In this document: in pieces, positions 59,163-64,000 of the stretch
Position numbering within the stretch: position 1 is the stretch's first letter
Layout: each line of letters opens with the position of its first letter
Origin: Dictyostelium discoideum
Taxonomy: Eukaryota
DNA length: 64,000 bases
Direction: 5' to 3'
Assembly: GCA_000004695.1 (NCBI GenBank)
Contig: CM000154.2
Location: 1,920,001 to 1,984,000 of the forward strand
Position numbers and translations under genes: made by a program
The notes under the pieces: generated by a model
The model's input: only the letters and a program-made list of their open reading frames with translations
Databases searched by the model: none
What the model was told of the DNA's origin: nothing

Positions 59163-60936
59163 ATGAGGTAAGTTTTATTTAAAAAATTATAATTTTATTA
59201 AAATTTAAATTAATTTAAGTTTTTTTTTTTTTTTTTATTAAATTTGATAAAATTATAGTGAAGTTGAGGAACAAACTTTAATAAAAGATGCATCAATGAA
59301 TGAACCAACAGATAAAACCACCACTGAAGGCGATAATGGTGGTGAAAATGAAAATGAAAATGAAAATATAGCAGAAGGTGGTGAAAATCAAGAAGATAAT
59401 AATAATAATAATGAGGGGGAGGAAGAAGAAGAGGAGGAAGAGGAAGAGGAGGAAGAAGAAGAGGAAGATGAAGAATCAGATGACGATGATGTTGTTGTAC
59501 TTTTAGATCAAGAAAGTGTTGAAGCATCATCGAGTAAACCTGGTGCAACATTTAGAACTACACCAAATAAATTTTCATATAGAAATCCATCATCGATTAC
59601 ACCTGGGTCAGGTGGTAAATATATGTTAACAAAACAAACACCAACAGGTGGTGGTGGTGGTGGTAGTGGTTTCAATTCAGCTAAATCAAATCAAAAAACA
59701 ATCTTTGAATTTGATATCGAATCATTTGAAGAGAAACCTTGGTTAAAACCAGGTGCTGATATTTCAGATTATTTCAATTATAATTTCACTGAAGAAACTT
59801 GGAAAGCCTATTGTGAAAGACAAAACACAATGAGAATGGAATTAAATAATTTAGGTAAAATTAAAGGCTATGAAAGTAATAAACCAAATATTGGTGGTAA
59901 TACCACTGGTGGTACTGGTGGTAATGGTATTGGTGATAAACCAAATATTACCAATGGTAATTTAGGTGTTGGTGTTGGTGGTGGTATTGGTGGTGGTAGT
60001 AGCGGTAGTGGTGGTAGTATAGTTGGTGATTTACCACCAGAGTTACAAGGTGATAAATTACAACAAGGAATTCAAAGACCACAATTTAAACGACAACCAA
60101 GTAGATCTGATATTAATGATGAATCAAATTTAGATCAACAACAACAAACTGATGGTAGATTTAATAGAGGTGGTCAACAACAAATACCTCCTCAACAACC
60201 ACAACCACAACAACAACAACAACAACCACAGCCACAACAGTATCAAACAAATTATCAAAGAGATAGAATTTATAATCAAGATTATCGTGGTAGTGGTAGA
60301 ACATATAGTACAACTAATCAATATGAGGATGATAGTAATAATAATAATAATGGTAGTGGTAGTGGTGGCGGTAGTGATAGAAGAAGAAATGAAAGTTCAT
60401 CATCATCATCAAGAGGTGATTCTGATAGGGGTGAAAGAGAAAGAGAAAGAGATAGAGATGATAGAGATAGAAGTGAAAGAGAAAGATCGGATAGAGATAG
60501 AAGTGAAAGAGAAAGATCAGACAGAAGTGAAAGAGAAAGATCAGATAGAGATAGAAGTGAAAGAGAAAGATCAGATAGAAGTGAAAGATCAGACAGAGAT
60601 AAAACAAGTAGTAGTAGTAGTAGTAGTAATAATAATAGTAGTTCATCAACAAGAGGTAGTGATAGATATGATAGAGAAAGAGGGGGTGATAGAGATAGAA
60701 CCTCTGAAAGTAGTAGTAGAGGGAGTGATAGAGATAGAGATGATTATAAAAGTAGAAGTAGTAGTAATACTGGAGGTAGCAGTAGTAGTTTAAGATCAGA
60801 CAGAGATTCAAGAACACCAAGTAATACAAGTAGTAACTACTCCTCTTCTAATCCCTCTTCTTCTTCCTCCTCCTCAGATTATAAAAGAAAGAATTATAAT
60901 ACTGACAGTAATGATAGATCAAAGAAAAGAAAATAA
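59163..60936 (+). CDS. fip1: pre-mRNA 3'-end processing factor Fip1 homolog, with a proposed 5-nt first exon
   Basis: The Fip1 motif is [42 protein letters not shown]. The acidic N-terminus (GAA/GAG)n and the C-terminal RD/RE/RS dipeptide-repeat domain are typical of Fip1. A proposed micro-exon ATGAG (59163-59167) plus a GTAAGT...TTATAG intron (59168-59258) joins in frame to 59259, giving [20 protein letters not shown]. Otherwise the start is the ATG at 59296. Confidence 0.8.
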
Positions 60937-61149
60937 AAAAAAATAAAAAAAAATTAAATTAAATTAAATTATATATATATACATTCTTGCACCATTTTTT
61001 TTATTTATTATTATTATTATTATATTATTACTATTATTATTATTATTATTATTTTTTTTTTATTTTTTTTTTTATTTTTTTTTTTTTATTTTTTTTGAGG
61101 TTGTGTTTTAGTTTTAGTTTTAATAAATTTTTTAAAATTATTTTTTTGA

Positions 61150-61668
61150 TTAGTTTGTTGTTGTTGTTGTTTCTTGACCTTTTATGATTCCACCAATTCT
61201 GATATAAGTTGCTAAACCTTGAAAGCCTGTTGTTCTTTTATAGTTCTTTCTTGGTTTATGTTTAAAGATGGTTACATGTTCGGTTTTTGCTTGTTCTTCA
61301 ATATAAGCATGAACTTTGAAATTACTAATGATTGGTTTACCAATTATAGTTTCATTTTTAGTACCAACTAATAAAACTTTATCTAAAACGATATGTTCAC
61401 CAACATCAACTTGAATTTTATCAGTCATAATAATATCACCTTCTATAACTTTATATTGTTTACCTGAAATATGTACAACTGCAAATGAATCTTTACCAAT
61501 TGGTGTAAATTGATTTTTGGAATTATATGATTCTTCTGATGTTACTGCAACAGCTTCTGGAATTGATGTAAAATTTCTAAATAATAATTTATTTGTTTGT
61601 TGTTGTTGATTTCTTAATAAAATTGATGATGATGATTTCATCAAATTTGATCCAATATTTCTAATCAT
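61150..61668 (-). CDS. mrpl21: mitochondrial ribosomal protein bL21m
   Basis: FAVVHISGKQYKVIEGDIIMTDKI...VLLVG...HVTIFKHKPRKNYKRTTGFQ matches the bacterial-type L21 signature (xAIIETGGKQYRVxEGD...GxKVxVFKxKRRKxYRRKxGHRQ). An N-terminal extension is consistent with a mitochondrial presequence. Confidence 0.75.
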   Translation of the reverse strand: MIRNIGSNLMKSSSSILLRNQQQQTNKLLFRNFTSIPEAVAVTSEESYNSKNQFTPIGKDSFAVVHISGKQYKVIEGDIIMTDKIQVDVGEHIVLDKVLLVGTKNETIIGKPIISNFKVHAYIEEQAKTEHVTIFKHKPRKNYKRTTGFQGLATYIRIGGIIKGQETTTTTN

Positions 61669-61738
61669 TTCTTTATTAATATATATATATTTTTTTTCAA
61701 TTTTCAACCTAAAGTAAACAATGAAAAATGAAAAATTC

Positions 61739-61771
<33 letters not shown>

Positions 61772-62389
61772 CCAAAAAAAAATAAAAAAAAAAAAAATAA
61801 AAAAAAAAAAGGAAAAATAAAAAAAAATATTTTGATCAAAACATATTCGAATTTACTTATTTTTTTTTAATTTTTTTTTTTTTTCAAACAATTATTTAAT
61901 TTAATTTATTTTTAATATGATTTAATATATAAAAATAGAGCACCGATTCAGTTTTTTGAATTTTTTATTTAAATTTTTTATTTTGTCCACTAATTTATCT
62001 TTAAACAAATAAAATAAATAAATGAGAATAAGAAATTTAAAAAAAATTCTAATTAAATCATTTTTCTGGTTTTTTAATATATTTGATTTTTTAAAATAAA
62101 AAAAACAATTACAAAAAATGAATGAAAAATAATTATATTCTAAAAAATTAAAAAATAAAATAAAAAAATAAAATGTTTGAATTCATTTTATATCATTTGT
62201 GTATTTTTGGTTGCTCTATTAAAAATAAATAAAATTAAATCATTGTTATAAAAAAAAAAAAAAAAAAAAAAATTTAAAATAAAATATGAAAATGGAAATA
62301 ATAGTTATTATTTTTTTTTTTTGATTTGAAAATTAAATTAATATATTTATATATATTAATATAAAATTAATATTTATTTATTGAAACAA

Positions 62390-62420
<31 letters not shown>

Positions 62421-62433
62421 CAATGATTTAATT

Positions 62434-64000
62434 TTATTCATTTGATAATAAAGCAACTCTATAAAGATCCAAATAATTTCTAGCAGCAAATGAATGATTA
62501 TAAACTAAACCATTAAAAGCTTTAGTTGCATCTTTACCAATATAATCGTCAATGTATTGTTTACCACCTGGATGTTTTTCAGCAAATTCAGACATATCAT
62601 AGATAACATCTTCAATGATTAAGAGTTGTTTCTTTTCTTTTTGACATTTCTCTTTAACTTGAGCACGAGTGAATGATGGTAATTGATCCAATGGTTTACC
62701 CCAATAGAGTTGATCACGTAATTTTTTGATGGTTTTCTCTTGCATTTGAATTTTACCTTTTGCGAATAATTCACTTGGGAATCTCTTTAATTCATAGGCG
62801 AAACCAAACCAACTAAGGAAATTGATTAACCACTTACCTGGATCGTAAGCAGACATATGAATACCATTTCTGTAATCATATGGGAATTCATGATGAAAGT
62901 TATGATAACCTTCACCAAAAGTGACCAAAGATGTGATAAAAGAGTCACGTGGAGATCTTTGGTCGGTGTAAGTTGCTTCACCAAGATAATGAGCCAAAGA
63001 GTTGATACAAAAGGTACATTGCATCATGAGTACTTTGGAGGCAACACCAGCGATGAAAAATCCACCTTTCCAATCATTCCAACCAAAACCACAAATGAAC
63101 ATTGGTAAGAACCAACCCAAACTGAATGCCAATGGAATGAAATATTTATGTTGGAAACGTAAAACTGGATCAGCTTTAAGATCACTAATATCGGCATCAC
63201 CTGGAATACGTTTGAAAAGCATCCAACCCATATGGGAATAGAAAAGACCTTTCTTTACATTGTATGGATCCTTATCGGTATCAGTGAAACGATGATGGGC
63301 ACGATGATCTTGGCACCATTCGAAAACACTACCTTCAAAAGTTGATGTACCCATTAACATGAGAACTATACGAACTGGTAATGAAGCCCTATAGGAACGA
63401 TGAGAGAATAAACGATGATAACCAGCTGTAATACCCATACCAGAGATATAGTAAGCGAGGAATGCGGTAATATAGGTTTTAGTGATGAATGGAGTTGTTA
63501 AAATACCATAGAGTGCTAAAAATGGGGTACCACATAAAAAGATAGCAACATTCCAATTGATTCTTTCATGGAATGGTTTTGATGGATCAACCTTGAGCAA
63601 ACCAAATGGATGAGTTACTGGATCGAATAAATTGGAGGATGAGGTCTCATCTTGTTTCTTTTCATCCAATTCGACAGAGAGTGTAGAATTCTTTGGTTCA
63701 ACATGTTGGACAACTGGTGGTAAATTGATCAAGAGTGAAGCAAATGATAATTCAGTGATATTTTCATACTCTTTCTTTAATAAATTGTAAGCATCTTTCC
63801 ATTTGTATGATGGTACACCCAAATTTTGAGACATGTGACTCAAGGTAACACCAATGTTAAAATCTTGTGTTAAATATTGTACCCAACGTGGGAGGGCAAA
63901 GAAAGTTGGTTTACTTGCGACACTTGAGAGAGATGAAGCCTTGAGGAATGTTGACATCCAAAAGTGGTACACAAACAATGGGATCAAATAGTACTTGAAT
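62434..64000 (-). CDS. delta-9 acyl-CoA desaturase with C-terminal cytochrome b5 domain (OLE1-like); the 5' end lies beyond the window
   Basis: Histidine boxes HRLFSHRSY, HRAHHRFTDTDKDPY and GEGYHNFHHEFPYDYRNG. The C-terminal cyt-b5 has the HPGG motif (EKHPGGKQYIDDYIGKDATKAFNG). The ORF is open to the window edge. Confidence 0.85.
   Translation of the reverse strand, partial: FKYYLIPLFVYHFWMSTFLKASSLSSVASKPTFFALPRWVQYLTQDFNIGVTLSHMSQNLGVPSYKWKDAYNLLKKEYENITELSFASLLINLPPVVQHVEPKNSTLSVELDEKKQDETSSSNLFDPVTHPFGLLKVDPSKPFHERINWNVAIFLCGTPFLALYGILTTPFITKTYITAFLAYYISGMGITAGYHRLFSHRSYRASLPVRIVLMLMGTSTFEGSVFEWCQDHRAHHRFTDTDKDPYNVKKGLFYSHMGWMLFKRIPGDADISDLKADPVLRFQHKYFIPLAFSLGWFLPMFICGFGWNDWKGGFFIAGVASKVLMMQCTFCINSLAHYLGEATYTDQRSPRDSFITSLVTFGEGYHNFHHEFPYDYRNGIHMSAYDPGKWLINFLSWFGFAYELKRFPSELFAKGKIQMQEKTIKKLRDQLYWGKPLDQLPSFTRAQVKEKCQKEKKQLLIIEDVIYDMSEFAEKHPGGKQYIDDYIGKDATKAFNGLVYNHSFAARNYLDLYRVALLSNE

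Noticed and set aside
60130-60829. Overlapping ORFs on both strands inside the Fip1 C-terminal region
   Set aside because: Alternative frames of the (AGA/GAT/GAA)n RD/RE repeat coding sequence.

Overview
This window is AT-rich (about 75-80% A+T) eukaryotic nuclear DNA with long homopolymer A/T tracts, (CAA)n/(AAT)n coding microsatellites, short AT-rich GT...AG introns and poly-Q/poly-N proteins. These features, plus a 464-aa adenylyl-cyclase-associated protein (CAP) ORF, indicate a Dictyostelium discoideum-type social amoeba chromosome segment. It is not prokaryotic, so no CRISPR arrays, operons or defence islands are expected, and none were seen. I can support about 24 protein-coding genes on both strands. 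Those assigned from conserved motifs are NMNAT, a TMEM14-like protein, mitochondrial processing peptidase beta, CAP, a PHP-domain protein, an Hsp20 with a giant low-complexity insertion, an LPLAT-type acyltransferase, a GNAT, a SHAQKYF Myb, a myristoylated EF-hand protein, VPS29, two tandem biotin-protein-ligase paralogs, a FNIP-repeat protein, a C2+AGC kinase, Fip1, mitochondrial ribosomal protein L21, and a delta-9 desaturase with a cytochrome b5 domain that runs off the window end. There are three 100-N assembly gaps and several stretches that look like low-quality sequence (G/C homopolymers embedded in A/T runs). The most unusual part is a roughly 7 kb repeat-rich segment at about 15.2-22.1 kb. 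It holds two diverged copies of an unidentified dispersed repeat arranged in palindromic or inverted configurations, one straddling an assembly gap, plus GC-richer hairpin islands and a 430-bp duplicated 3' fragment of the mppB gene lying 3.7 kb from the intact gene. Also notable are a tandem duplication of the BPL gene together with its proximal promoter, and a secreted protein built from a 102-bp tandem repeat.
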